From NCBI GenBank assembly GCA_030688315.1, contig JAUYIT010000008.1, forward strand, positions 21,240 to 85,239: a DNA stretch of 64,000 nucleotides, in the 5' to 3' direction. This document shows, in pieces, positions 36,921-46,806 of the stretch; within the stretch, counting starts at the first letter, position 1; each line of letters opens with the position of its first letter. The notes below the pieces were generated by a model. It had not been told where the DNA came from, did no database searches, and worked only from the letters and a program-made list of their open reading frames with translations. The position numbers and the translations under genes are program-made. This stretch comes from Candidatus Komeilibacteria bacterium. Its GTDB lineage: Bacteria; Patescibacteriota; Patescibacteriia; UBA1558; UBA10009.

Positions 36921-37597
36921 TTGTTTACGATGATTTCTTTTTTAGGACTTTTCTTTTTTAAATTTTGGATTATTTTTTTGGCCACATAGTCAATTTCCAT
37001 CCAGGTTTTGTAACCAGCCGGTTTAAACTTGCCGAAGATGGTGGTTTTAAAACCACCCGGATGAACCATAAGAACGGAGATATTGTAAGGTTCCAAGGCG
37101 ATGCGCAAAGATTCGGTAAAACCGCGAGCGGCCCATTTGCTGGCGGCGTAAACGGATGACTGCGCCCGGCCGATCAAAGAGCTCATGGAAACGATATTTA
37201 AAATAGTTCCGCCTTTTTGTTTTTTCATTATTTTTAAAGCGGCTCGGGAACCGTAAAACGTGCCAAAAAAATTGATTTCCATTACCTCGTGAGCGCTTTT
37301 TGGATTAATGTCCTCAACGTCCATATGAGGAATGGTTATGCCGGCGTTATTAATCCAAATATCAATTTTACCGAATTTTTTTAAAGCAAAGGCGGCTAAT
37401 TTATTGACTTCATTTTCCTTACTAACATCGCACAGGCAAGTTAAGGCGCCTGTTTCCTGACTGGCTTTTAACAATTCATTTTTGGATCTGGCGCTGATAA
37501 TCACTTTGGCTTTTTCCAAGACCAAAAAGCGGGCCAGTTCTTTACCTAAGCCCTTGCTACCGCCTGTGATGACAATGACCTTATTTTTTAGATTCAC
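36917..37597 (-). CDS. Short-chain dehydrogenase/reductase
   Basis: TGGSKGLG, NNAG and YAASK motifs. Confidence 0.93.
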   Translation of the reverse strand: MNLKNKVIVITGGSKGLGKELARFLVLEKAKVIISARSKNELLKASQETGALTCLCDVSKENEVNKLAAFALKKFGKIDIWINNAGITIPHMDVEDINPKSAHEVMEINFFGTFYGSRAALKIMKKQKGGTILNIVSMSSLIGRAQSSVYAASKWAARGFTESLRIALEPYNISVLMVHPGGFKTTIFGKFKPAGYKTWMEIDYVAKKIIQNLKKKSPKKEIIVNK

Positions 37598-37611
37598 TCA
37601 AGTATTTTAAA

Positions 37612-38745
37612 TTATGGTTTAACAAAGTGATCCGCGATATTATCGGTAGTAATACATTTAAAGCGAGCATTTGGGTATTTGTTTTTGAATGGAATGGGTA
37701 TCGCGGCTATTTCTTTCCACTTACATTCATAGGCAAAAATTTCTAGGCCATTTTTTTCTATCACATCAATTTCAATCCCAGTCCGTGTTCTCCAAAACAT
37801 AATTTCCGGCGGAAAAATTTCTAAAGTTCCTTTTTTCATCAGTTCCGTTACAAAAAAGTTTTCAAAAATCGCGCCCTTATCCGTCCGGGTATCCATCGAG
37901 GAAGCAATATCCACCAAGGCGTTACGAACGCCGTTATCAAGAAAGAAAACTTTAAATGCTTTTTTTAATTCAGTCCGCGGGTTATTAGAAAATGAATGGA
38001 CGCGCTTGATAATAAATGATTGCTCTAATAATCTAAGGTAGCGATTTACCGTTGCTCTGGTAACGCCCAATCCTTGGGCCAGTTCATTAACAGAAACCAT
38101 TGACCCAACCTGCAGCGCCAGCATTTTTAGCAAATCTTCAAAAATCTTGGAATCGCGGATAGCTTCAAAAACAAAAACATCCTTGTATAAATAATTGGTT
38201 ACAATGTTTTTAATGGTAAATAATTTTTCATCAATTGTCTCCGCGGCAACCACTGCCGGGTATGAGCCGAATTTTAGTAAAGAAAATAAGTCCGATTCGC
38301 TAATATTTGGATACGCCAAGCCAACTTCGCGCAAAGAAAGAGGCAGAAGTAAAAACTCATACGCCCGGCCGGTCATCGGCTCTTTTATTTTATTCGCCAA
38401 ATCAAACGAGGATGAACCGGTGGCGATAATTTGAACCCCCGGGTAGGTATCGTGAAATATTTTTAAAATACTGCCGATGTTTTGAATAGTTTGCGCTTCG
38501 TCAAAAACAACTATTTTTTTGTTTTGGGTGAGTGGTAATAACTTTTTTGGTTCGCCCAGCGAAAAATGAGTGCGGATATCAGCCAATTGGCAATCATAAT
38601 ACGCGCCTTGTTGGCCATAGGCGTCAATGATTTTTTTGGCCAAAGTGGTTTTTCCTGATTGGCGGGGACCTAAAATAACCACCATTTTACGCTTAAAAAG
38701 GACTGAAGCAATACGCGGTTCGATGTTTCTTTGGAAAATTTTCAT
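37612..38745 (-). CDS. AAA_14 ATPase with DUF4143
   Basis: GPRQSGKTT, FDEAQ, TGSSS, FENF and EIDV...YECK motifs. Confidence 0.9.
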   Translation of the reverse strand: MKIFQRNIEPRIASVLFKRKMVVILGPRQSGKTTLAKKIIDAYGQQGAYYDCQLADIRTHFSLGEPKKLLPLTQNKKIVVFDEAQTIQNIGSILKIFHDTYPGVQIIATGSSSFDLANKIKEPMTGRAYEFLLLPLSLREVGLAYPNISESDLFSLLKFGSYPAVVAAETIDEKLFTIKNIVTNYLYKDVFVFEAIRDSKIFEDLLKMLALQVGSMVSVNELAQGLGVTRATVNRYLRLLEQSFIIKRVHSFSNNPRTELKKAFKVFFLDNGVRNALVDIASSMDTRTDKGAIFENFFVTELMKKGTLEIFPPEIMFWRTRTGIEIDVIEKNGLEIFAYECKWKEIAAIPIPFKNKYPNARFKCITTDNIADHFVKP

Positions 38746-38836
38746 AATTATAGTATAGCAAATTGCTACTAAACAAGCAATTTGTAATAGTTAACCAAAA
38801 ATGCCTTTAAAATAAGGGTTTTATGTGGTAATCTTT

Positions 38837-39349
38837 TTATTCGTAGAATATTTTTACCATTTTTGGCAGATCGCTTTTGGTTTTTTCGCCGCTCGCGATG
38901 CGGTCAAACAGTTCTTGAGGCTTAAGCCAAAGATATTCAAAAAAGTCGTTGGGGTTGTAATTTGGCGCATCTTCCATTTTGGTTTCATAAACTTTCATAT
39001 AAGCCGAAACGCCGTCTTGCGGAGTAAGATAACCCAAAAATTTTAAATTAATTTGCTCAACGTCAAGATTCAATTCTTCCAGCGTTTCTCTTTTTAACGC
39101 CTCTTCATAAGTTTCGCCCGCGCTAACGTGTCCGCCCATACTGCAATCCAAATGCAAAGGACAGTGCGCTTTTTCAGTCCGCCTTCTGGGTAGCCAGATT
39201 TTTCCTTCAGAATTTACCACAAAAAGATTGACTACCCTAAAACCGAAGTTTTGATAGCCCTCGGCGTAAACTTCCGACCTTTTCTTTTGTCCGATTACCA
39301 GGTCGTTAACATCAACCAGGTCAAGATATTCTTCCGTGGAATTTATCAT
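38837..39349 (-). CDS. NUDIX hydrolase (IDI/YfcD-like)
   Basis: GGHVSAGETYEEALKRETLEEL Nudix box; ATG at 39349. Confidence 0.88.
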   Translation of the reverse strand: MINSTEEYLDLVDVNDLVIGQKKRSEVYAEGYQNFGFRVVNLFVVNSEGKIWLPRRRTEKAHCPLHLDCSMGGHVSAGETYEEALKRETLEELNLDVEQINLKFLGYLTPQDGVSAYMKVYETKMEDAPNYNPNDFFEYLWLKPQELFDRIASGEKTKSDLPKMVKIFYE

Positions 39350-39356
39350 AAATATT

Positions 39357-39599
39357 TTATCGATGAGGGCAACCGGCCCAACAACAAGGCCGGCGCATTC
39401 CGCCGTTAAGTTTAGAGAGCGTTTTGTTGATACGAATAGTTCTTGTCTCTGCTTTTTTGCCGGAAATAACCCAGCAGATCCATTCGTTGCGGGCGAGCGG
39501 AGTAATACTTTTCCAGGCCTTACCAGCTGTTGGCAAGGCAATCAGGGCCTTTTTTAAATCGGCGGGCATTTTATGCGGCGCCTTAGCAGTGATTTTCAT
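39357..39599 (-). CDS. YdeI/OmpD-associated family protein
   Basis: MPADL..AL......W..ITPLARNEWICWV...KK.ETR..RI; C-terminal RRPCCWAGCPHR. Confidence 0.8.
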   Translation of the reverse strand: MKITAKAPHKMPADLKKALIALPTAGKAWKSITPLARNEWICWVISGKKAETRTIRINKTLSKLNGGMRRPCCWAGCPHR

Positions 39600-39635
39600 A
39601 TATTTAAAATAGGTGTTTACTTCCGCAAGTCAAGG

Positions 39636-39956
39636 TTAATTGTTTAAGCCCATCTTATCAAGATACCGATTTACAACCTCCGCAACAAGATCCTGCCTGG
39701 CCTTTGCTAATATCGGAAGCGTAATAATCACGGAAGCATTATCAGTCGGTAAAAGTTCAACTTTGCCTTGATTAAAATCAGTCAGACGGGTAAGAAATTC
39801 ATCTAGCCAGGAAGGCGTTACCGTCAGCACGTCATCAAAACTTATTTGCACCGGAGTGTTGGGGTCTAATTGAGGCCGAATAGCATTAAAAGCTTCTTGG
39901 CCGGCGGGGCGTGAGACAAGGATGTTGCCGAATTTTTTAAGTTGTATAATTTGCAT
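39636..39956 (-). CDS. STAS-like domain protein (DUF4325-like)
   Basis: FGNILVSRPAG...SFDDVLTVTPSWLDE. Confidence 0.7.
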   Translation of the reverse strand: MQIIQLKKFGNILVSRPAGQEAFNAIRPQLDPNTPVQISFDDVLTVTPSWLDEFLTRLTDFNQGKVELLPTDNASVIITLPILAKARQDLVAEVVNRYLDKMGLNN

Positions 39957-39966
39957 ATTAATTAAT

Positions 39967-40695
39967 TTAAAAGGTTATAACACAATAAGTGCCGCGGACA
40001 TTTTGATCAGACATAGCTATAGTAAGAGTTCCGGGTTTTTTAGTTGGGACAGTTACCACCCCAATGCCTGACCGGAAAATAAGTCCAATCTCGCGTGACT
40101 CTAGTGTTTTACGAACAACCTTTAGTCCGTTGCCTCTTTTTTCCGGATTTCTGCCTGACAGAATCTCCGTAAAAGCGACCCGCAATGCTTCCAGATCATT
40201 ATCAATAGACGGCCTTACCTGCCTGAGAGTGGCTTTAACACCACGGCCTCGGTCGGCTATGACGATAGTTTTTTTATTAAGATCAAATGCGTAAAAGATT
40301 CCCGGTATATCCGGCCAATTGCCCACATTGTGGGCAAAGGAATTATCGCCAATCTCACTGGCCACAAGAGTAATAAGAGAAACCAGGTCATTAGAAAATT
40401 TTCCAGCTTGTTGTAAATTTATAGCCATTTTTTGCGCTCTGCTTGTAAACCGATCAGGACGCTCACAGTAGTATTCATCCGTAAGATCCGGCGGGATTTC
40501 ACTTGTGGCCCAAACTAATCCCAGCGCCTTGATATCTAAGGCGAATTTTTTAAGATCTATGAGTGAATAATAACGTTGGTTTCCGGGACTTCTGTGGGCT
40601 TGAAGTTTTCCGGATTTTTCCCAATTACGTAAAGTTTGACCGGATACGCCTAGTATCTGCGCCGCTTCGCTTATCCTGACTTTATTATCATTCAT
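39967..40695 (-). CDS. MerR-type HTH fused to an HATPase_c-like domain
   Basis: EAAQILGVSGQTLRNWE (MerR HTH); EIGDNSFAH (N box), DRGRG (G1) and RGNGL (G2). Confidence 0.8.
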   Translation of the reverse strand: MNDNKVRISEAAQILGVSGQTLRNWEKSGKLQAHRSPGNQRYYSLIDLKKFALDIKALGLVWATSEIPPDLTDEYYCERPDRFTSRAQKMAINLQQAGKFSNDLVSLITLVASEIGDNSFAHNVGNWPDIPGIFYAFDLNKKTIVIADRGRGVKATLRQVRPSIDNDLEALRVAFTEILSGRNPEKRGNGLKVVRKTLESREIGLIFRSGIGVVTVPTKKPGTLTIAMSDQNVRGTYCVITF

Positions 40696-40893
40696 ACTTA
40701 GATTAGGTTACTTTATAAGAATACAGCATAAACTTATAAAAGTCAAGTAAACTTTATAAGTTTAGTATTCAAACTTATAAAAAATCATATTTTCCAAGGG
40801 ATATTTACATTGACTAAAGATAATAATATATTGACAAACGATAAACAATGGTTTAAACTTTAGAGGTGGGTTTAATAATTAACTAAAAAACCT

Positions 40894-41382
40894 ATGGTAA
40901 AACGAAGTTCAATAATATTTCTTCAGGTAGTTATTGTGCTAATCGGCATCGGCGCACTGGCTTTGATGCTTTGGGAACCTCACCTTGAGGGCAGAAATAT
41001 AAACGCCACTAACTTTGAAATGTACTTTAAAGATCCATTCTTGGCGTATGCCTATACGGCATCTATTGCCTTTTTTGTGGCGCTTTACCAAGCATTTAAA
41101 CTGTTGGAGTTTGTAGGGCAAAACCAAGTATTTTCGGCAGCATCCGTAAAAGCTTTACGGACTATAAAATACTGCGCTATGATATTTGTCGCTTTTATTG
41201 TGGGAGCGGAAGGATACTTTTTAATTGTTCAGCGCAAAGTGGAGGAGGATATTGCCGGCGGCGTGATGATGGGGTTGGTGCTGATTTTTATTTCCGTCGT
41301 AGTTGCTACTGCCGCGGCCGTGTTTGAAAAAACTTTACAAAGCGCTTTGGAGATAAAGTCCGAAAACGACTTGACGGTTTAA
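40894..41382 (+). CDS. DUF2975 membrane protein
   Basis: VFSAASVKALRTIKYCA; ends IKSENDLTV. Confidence 0.9.
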   Translation: MVKRSSIIFLQVVIVLIGIGALALMLWEPHLEGRNINATNFEMYFKDPFLAYAYTASIAFFVALYQAFKLLEFVGQNQVFSAASVKALRTIKYCAMIFVAFIVGAEGYFLIVQRKVEEDIAGGVMMGLVLIFISVVVATAAAVFEKTLQSALEIKSENDLTV

Positions 41383-41407
41383 TGATAACAAATAATCAAA
41401 TTATTTT

Positions 41408-41890
41408 ATGAAACGTGCCTCAACCATTTTTTTAAGAATAGCCGTCATTTTTTTGGGATTGGTGGCCCTGGCTTTATACATTTTTGCCTTGCCCGCGATC
41501 TATAAAGGCGGATCCGCGGAATTTCCAATGGCGAGCCTTGCTCTATTAATAATCGTCTGTATTTTATACGCTATGGCCATTCCGTTTTTTATCGCCCTGT
41601 GGCAGACCTTAAAATTATTAAGCTATATTGATCATAATCGGGCCTTTTCCGATTTATCCGTGCAGGCCTTGAACAATATTAAATATTGCGCGAGTATTTA
41701 CGCGGTTTTGGCTTTTGTTTGCGTGCCTTTGGTAGTTCCGATTGCCGACGCGGATGACGCGCCTGGGGCCATAGTTTACGCCGCGGCGCTGGCCTGTGCT
41801 CCCGTGGCCGTAGCTGTGTTTGCGGCTATTTTGCAAAAATTGTTGCGGGAAGCGCTTGATATTAAATCAGAGAACGATTTAACCGTTTAA
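41408..41890 (+). CDS. DUF2975 membrane protein (paralogue)
   Basis: AFSDLSVQALNNIKYCA; ends IKSENDLTV. Confidence 0.9.
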   Translation: MKRASTIFLRIAVIFLGLVALALYIFALPAIYKGGSAEFPMASLALLIIVCILYAMAIPFFIALWQTLKLLSYIDHNRAFSDLSVQALNNIKYCASIYAVLAFVCVPLVVPIADADDAPGAIVYAAALACAPVAVAVFAAILQKLLREALDIKSENDLTV

Positions 41891-41894
41891 AATT

Positions 41895-42098
41895 ATGGCC
41901 ATTATAATCAACATTGATGTGGTGCTGGCAAAAAGAAAAATGAGCGTCACGGAGCTGGCGGAAAAAGTGGGCATAACCATGGCCAATATTTCCATTTTAA
42001 AAAACGGCAAGGCCAAGGCCATCCGTTTATCAACTTTAGAAGCGATTTGTAAGGCGCTAAACTGCCAGCCGGGAGATATTTTAGAGTTTAAAGATTAA
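41895..42098 (+). CDS. YozG-like XRE/Cro HTH regulator
   Basis: MAIIINIDVVLAKRKMSVTELAEKVGITMANISILKNGKAKAIR; usual partner of DUF2975. Confidence 0.92.
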   Translation: MAIIINIDVVLAKRKMSVTELAEKVGITMANISILKNGKAKAIRLSTLEAICKALNCQPGDILEFKD

Positions 42099-42115
42099 GA
42101 ACCTTACTTTATAGT

Positions 42116-42607
42116 TCAACCCTGATTGATATTAGAGTTTACTTTCTCTAAAATCTCGGTTGGGTTGAAATGTCCATGATTTTCTAATCTCAACAGTGGT
42201 AAATTTGCTTCTTTTAGAACTCTTTCAACTTCTGCATCTCTATCCTTTCGATTTTGCTGTTCGTGGGTTCGGTCGTCAAGTTCAATAGCCAGCTTTGGCG
42301 AAACATATACCTTATCACACAAAACAAAATCTACTGATTTTTGATTGATGTGACGAAAAGCTGCCCGCCAGCTTTGGCCCTTAACCTTGTTATCTATGAT
42401 TGATGGTAAGTGAACCTGGGGAAAAATGAAGTATTTTTCGCCTAAGGCGATAATCAAGGCGTCATAGCATTCATGTTCCGCTCGAGACATAAAAAACTTT
42501 TTCCGCTTATATTGGTATTGAGGGGGCTTATGTTTGTAGCCATGTGAAAGCTTGGCGAGGACAGTGATTATTATTAACACTGCAATGATTATGACGAATT
42601 TTGTCAT
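42116..42607 (-). CDS. DUF2726 domain protein
   Basis: N-terminal TM; IFPQV, VDFVLCD, AIELDD..H and RDAEVE..L..A.LPLLR motifs. Confidence 0.85.
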   Translation of the reverse strand: MTKFVIIIAVLIIITVLAKLSHGYKHKPPQYQYKRKKFFMSRAEHECYDALIIALGEKYFIFPQVHLPSIIDNKVKGQSWRAAFRHINQKSVDFVLCDKVYVSPKLAIELDDRTHEQQNRKDRDAEVERVLKEANLPLLRLENHGHFNPTEILEKVNSNINQG

Positions 42608-42786
42608 GGTTTTTAATTTCGCTGAATATAAATTTTTGCGGAGGCGTAAGCTTTCTAGATGCCACTGTGAACTCATTCTTTGACACCCAATCTCCTTACT
42701 TCTAATTTCCTCTAACTATTGTAGGGTCGAAATCCCTCCTAAACCCTTTATTTTATTGATTAAAATAGCGGCTCCTCTAATTGCCC

Positions 42787-44214
42787 CTAAAAATTTGCTT
42801 CATAGTAGGTGTGTTTTCCTGCTCCGCCTGAGTGGATAAGGCCTAATTCCTGCATCTTGTTTAAATCATAGTTGATTGTCTGTCGTGGAACAGAGGAAAG
42901 AATTTCATCACATATCCCTACTGTGATTCTTTTTTTTTCAACAAGATAATCCCAAATACGAAATTGTCGCTCATTTAACTTGCTTAATTTTTCACCAGGT
43001 AAGATCACCTTGAAACTATTAGTGGTATTTTTAAAAATTGGTTGAATCAATCCCCATTTTTCCATTTCTGTAAAAATAATATCAATACCTCTGCCATATT
43101 CTTCTAAGTAGTCAAGATCTTTTAAGCGCGCAGCTATAGTTTCGTTGCGGCTGACCTGGGCATCGCGGATGTTATCTATAGTTACTCCAGGTGGCAAACA
43201 GCCCGGGTTAAAAACTTCAAGCCTATCCTCGAATACATTGACCTGGGCGTATGTTTCGGTAATTCTATAGTCACGGTGGATAATAGCATTAGCGATAATC
43301 TCACGGATCGCCTTTTCCGGATATTCATATCTATCAACTCTTTTCGTACCGACAATTTGAGCACTTGTACGTATATTACGCAGTATAAATTTTTGCATCG
43401 TGTCAATTTGTTCATTTAACGTTCCATCTATGTCCGCCTTATCTATAATATCTGTTGCTACATTTGATCCTTTGTATTTCACACAACGAACAGTATAGCG
43501 ACTGAATGATCGTCTGAGTTGAGGCTTCTCTTTTGCAAAAATAAGAAAACCACCGAAAGTTGGAAAGTTTCCACCATCAAATGTATCGGCTATATTAAGA
43601 TTTTTAAGCAAATCAAAATCTATTTCCTCAATTCGAGCATCGCGGCTCGTCCTTTGTCCCATTCTAGACAGAAGGTCATATATTTTCTTTTCCGATAAAT
43701 CACTAAGTTGTGTATCCGGCGCTTTGGTGCTATCAAATTTTGAAAGCTTCGCGTTATCAAGAAATCGTAGCATTTCCTCATGTGTAATTTTTCTATCGGT
43801 ATTGCCATCGCGTATGTAAGCGCCATTAGGCATACCCGCATCCTTGTGATAACAAGGTTTATGCTGATCCGAACATTCAGAAATATATATAGCTAGTATA
43901 GTTTTATCACCTATGGTTATTGGAAAATACTCCGGACGAATGACAACGCTCATCTGACTACTTACTACATCACTCATTTTTTCTTGTAAAACCGCAAGCT
44001 CAGTAATTCCCGTAGCTTCCATGGAATTTTTTGACCTTTCCTCAGTAACACCAAATACAATAAAACCCCCGCCAGGATGATGAGAAAAAGAGGAAATGGT
44101 TTTCCATGTATCATGAGGGAAGCCGCCACGAGCATCTTTAAACTCAACATTGGATGTTTCCGAGCCTAATCTTATTGTTTCCTCAATGATTTGTTTAACC
44201 TTGGATTCATCCAT
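42787..44214 (-). CDS. AlbA_2 (Schlafen-like) / RecG-C-terminal-like ATP-binding / wHTH protein
   Basis: ETSNVEFK, GGFIVFGV, AIREIIANAIIHRDY, NPG, SRN and EEYGRG motifs. Confidence 0.85.
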   Translation of the reverse strand: MDESKVKQIIEETIRLGSETSNVEFKDARGGFPHDTWKTISSFSHHPGGGFIVFGVTEERSKNSMEATGITELAVLQEKMSDVVSSQMSVVIRPEYFPITIGDKTILAIYISECSDQHKPCYHKDAGMPNGAYIRDGNTDRKITHEEMLRFLDNAKLSKFDSTKAPDTQLSDLSEKKIYDLLSRMGQRTSRDARIEEIDFDLLKNLNIADTFDGGNFPTFGGFLIFAKEKPQLRRSFSRYTVRCVKYKGSNVATDIIDKADIDGTLNEQIDTMQKFILRNIRTSAQIVGTKRVDRYEYPEKAIREIIANAIIHRDYRITETYAQVNVFEDRLEVFNPGCLPPGVTIDNIRDAQVSRNETIAARLKDLDYLEEYGRGIDIIFTEMEKWGLIQPIFKNTTNSFKVILPGEKLSKLNERQFRIWDYLVEKKRITVGICDEILSSVPRQTINYDLNKMQELGLIHSGGAGKHTYYEANF

Positions 44215-44479
44215 AAAATAATTTTAGCTCTCTATGAGAATGATTTTTATTAATAACGGATTTAGTAATTTTGACACCATTAATGCTGTTTGTGATCCTC
44301 TTGACGCTAAATTTTTCTGGCGGTGTACTAAGGTCTGGTACACCGAAAGTAAGGACATTATAAGGGGTTTTTGAGTTTCTGTCCAGATGGCCTTAGAGGT
44401 ACTCGGGTCGGGGTCTAAAAAGGCTAAATGAGACAAATGAGACTGTCCTTAAGGGGTAGACCGCGCGTCTCATTTAATA

Positions 44480-45709
44480 TTAACGCTTTTTTCTTTTCTT
44501 TTCCAAGTTTAAGTGATATTGATGAAATTTATCATCATCGCGCTCTTTATCTAGAGTCATAATTTCAAAGGTTCTGCCGCGTCGATAAGGGCCATACAAT
44601 CTTGCAAATTCGCCTTTAAATTTATCAAGGCTGTTAAATTCACTATGGTTCTTGGTTTCTTTGTTGTAATCCGGATCCCAGGGTAACCGTCCATATTCGT
44701 CCATGGCGCCGCCTGTTCCATCGTTATTCCCCCACATTATTTCACCTCCCCAATGGATTGGACGAGGGTCAGGCATAAGTAAATAACCATCGCCAAACAT
44801 ATTCCATTGGGTTGTGGATACATATTTTTCAGGGTAAAGCCAAGCTTCTTTAGCTGCCCCTATAAATTGATAAGCTCTGCGTTTTATAATATAGTTAATA
44901 TCCCATACTTCTTGTTCGGTTAAATGGCGTAAAGTTTGGATTTCGGTAAATTTAAAAATCGCTCCTCGGAATGGTTGAGCATTAGGCCTTAATGATCTTT
45001 CGGGTTGGTACGGGTTCCTAACCCAAGATAAGTTAGTGAGTATAAGTATTTTATTTAATGATAAAGGAAAAATAGTGTGGGTTGCGTTGAGCCAAATATC
45101 CGGGTCATTGGCTTCCCGACACCATTGTGAACGTGGGCCGCATACTCGATTATAGACAGTAACAGGATGATCAGAAATTATGAATTTGACATTTAATTGG
45201 GTTGCATCAGCAATTTGCCAAACACACTCAGTCCATATAGCACAATGAAGCTGCCTGAGTTTTAACATCGATTCCAATATTTGATTTTTACTAGCAGTTT
45301 TTGACTGTTCAGAAAGCCAAGCTAATCCTTTTGGCGTTCTAAGTTTCTGCGTACTCATAAACAGCATCAAATCTTCAAAAGCTTTGCCGTCAACAGAAGG
45401 GTGTTGAAAATTCGTAAAATATTCTACGGCATTTCTGCCATTTCTATCAATTTTGCCAAAAAAGTATTGTTCAATTTTTGTAGATTCAACATTTTGAAAT
45501 TGAGTAGTATAAAGATCTTTTTTGGCAAAGCAAAAATTAAAACCTTGCTTTTTAATTGGTTTACTTGGATGAGCTATGCCTCGGGGATCAATAAATTGAC
45601 CTGGTTTAAAATTCAGATAATACAGCTCGTTATCCTTTTGTCCGACCGACAAAAAGCGTTTTTGATACCAAACCGGAACATAATGATTATTTCTATATTG
45701 ATTTGACAT
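44480..45709 (-). CDS. DUF4238 domain protein
   Basis: NHYVPVWYQKRF, LRTP, FIISDHPV and FPLS motifs. Confidence 0.8.
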   Translation of the reverse strand: MSNQYRNNHYVPVWYQKRFLSVGQKDNELYYLNFKPGQFIDPRGIAHPSKPIKKQGFNFCFAKKDLYTTQFQNVESTKIEQYFFGKIDRNGRNAVEYFTNFQHPSVDGKAFEDLMLFMSTQKLRTPKGLAWLSEQSKTASKNQILESMLKLRQLHCAIWTECVWQIADATQLNVKFIISDHPVTVYNRVCGPRSQWCREANDPDIWLNATHTIFPLSLNKILILTNLSWVRNPYQPERSLRPNAQPFRGAIFKFTEIQTLRHLTEQEVWDINYIIKRRAYQFIGAAKEAWLYPEKYVSTTQWNMFGDGYLLMPDPRPIHWGGEIMWGNNDGTGGAMDEYGRLPWDPDYNKETKNHSEFNSLDKFKGEFARLYGPYRRGRTFEIMTLDKERDDDKFHQYHLNLEKKRKKR

Positions 45710-45718
45710 GAATAGTCG

Positions 45719-45749
45719 TAGGCCAAGGCGAAAACATCGCCTTGGCCTA
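45719..45749. terminator. Perfect 13-bp hairpin
   Basis: TAGGCCAAGGCGA-AAACA-TCGCCTTGGCCTA, with no U-run on the - strand. Confidence 0.5.
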
Positions 45750-45760
45750 ACAATTATTTA

Positions 45761-45961
45761 TTATTTCCTATTATAGGGCGACTGGTTGACGGGATCAAGG
45801 GTGATGTCTTCCTCTGATGCTTTGCTATAAATTGAACCCTCTGTTCTACCCAGCTTTAATCCAATAACCCTAGTTGGCGTATTTTGGTCAGCCAATTTTT
45901 CAAGCTTTTGGATTTCTGCCGGCGTCCATGGTTTGCCGGAATTGCGATTGTACTTAGCCAT
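45761..45961 (-). CDS. Small HTH-like hypothetical protein (66 aa)
   Basis: GKPWT..E...L..LA..NTPTRVIGLKLGRT...K; promoter TTGACA-17-TACAAT at 46082-46054. Confidence 0.75.
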   Translation of the reverse strand: MAKYNRNSGKPWTPAEIQKLEKLADQNTPTRVIGLKLGRTEGSIYSKASEEDITLDPVNQSPYNRK

Positions 45962-46092
45962 ATCGGTTGTTTTTCTTAACCTTTCGGTTGTTATTTTTAG
46001 TAGCTTAGCTTTAGGCGATTACGACGTTATCCTTGGCGAAGCATTCATATGACATTGTAAGCTAACGCTGTACATTTGTCAAGCAAAAAAAA

Positions 46093-46806
46093 TTATAAAC
46101 TCATTTGTGTCTCTTTAGCGACAGGATATAGGCCGTCTAACCTTATTTTTGCCACGATTGGATTGATATTAAAAATATCAACGATTGAATTTATTGCCAA
46201 CGCTCTTTTAGTGGGATCAAGTTGTTTAATGCCCAACAATCCGGCCTTTATTTTGTAAGGTTCTAATGCTTTTTCAAGCAACGGCCGAGGTAATAATAAA
46301 GATCCTATAACAGAATTAGCCTGAAATTCCCACCATCGTCCATCGTAAGTTTTTAAAGATCCGGAATGGTCATTTCCTGGGACGTCTCGGCATAAAACCT
46401 TTGGCCTCCGAGGGTTTTGATAATCCGCAAATAATGGCCTGCTTGATGAAAGATTGGAAAATAAATGGGTATGCAACAGACAATGCCCGGCTTCATGCGC
46501 CAAAGTACTTCTAATCCGTCTTTCTGAGGCTTGGCTATTTTCTTCATCCAAACATCTGTTTATCATCATCGCTTGAACTCCTGTTTGACTGAAAATAGTA
46601 TAACCCAGGATACTATTTTCCATGTTTTCATATTGAGGAGTAATGTTGTATTTTTTTTCAATAAACCTATCTATTCTAATCGGAGCAGGTTCAAGGGGTA
46701 ATAATTCGTTTGCTTGAAGCTCGCTAAGGCAAATACTTTCGATCTCTTGCGGAGTAAAATAAGGCCTTTCCTTGAAAGGCCCGGTATGCGCTTTAAAGGT
46801 TTTCAT
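46093..46806 (-). CDS. ImmA/IrrE family metallopeptidase
   Basis: RIRSTLAHEAGHCLLH (HExxH) and WEFQAN. Confidence 0.88.
   Translation of the reverse strand: MKTFKAHTGPFKERPYFTPQEIESICLSELQANELLPLEPAPIRIDRFIEKKYNITPQYENMENSILGYTIFSQTGVQAMMINRCLDEENSQASERRIRSTLAHEAGHCLLHTHLFSNLSSSRPLFADYQNPRRPKVLCRDVPGNDHSGSLKTYDGRWWEFQANSVIGSLLLPRPLLEKALEPYKIKAGLLGIKQLDPTKRALAINSIVDIFNINPIVAKIRLDGLYPVAKETQMSL

Noticed and set aside
40894-42098. Tandem DUF2975 genes plus XRE as a novel system
   Set aside because: DUF2975 with a YozG-like regulator is a common known pairing; the duplication alone is minor.
42637-42742. tRNA 3' remnant as an att site (GGGTCGAAATCCC; TGCGGAGG)
   Set aside because: Too degenerate, no cloverleaf, and no matching direct repeat in the window; serine integrases do not need tRNA targets.
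44224-44476. 70-aa ORF and AAATGAGAC direct/inverted repeats
   Set aside because: TTG start and no motif; the 9-bp repeats are too short to call an IS end or att site without a comparison genome.
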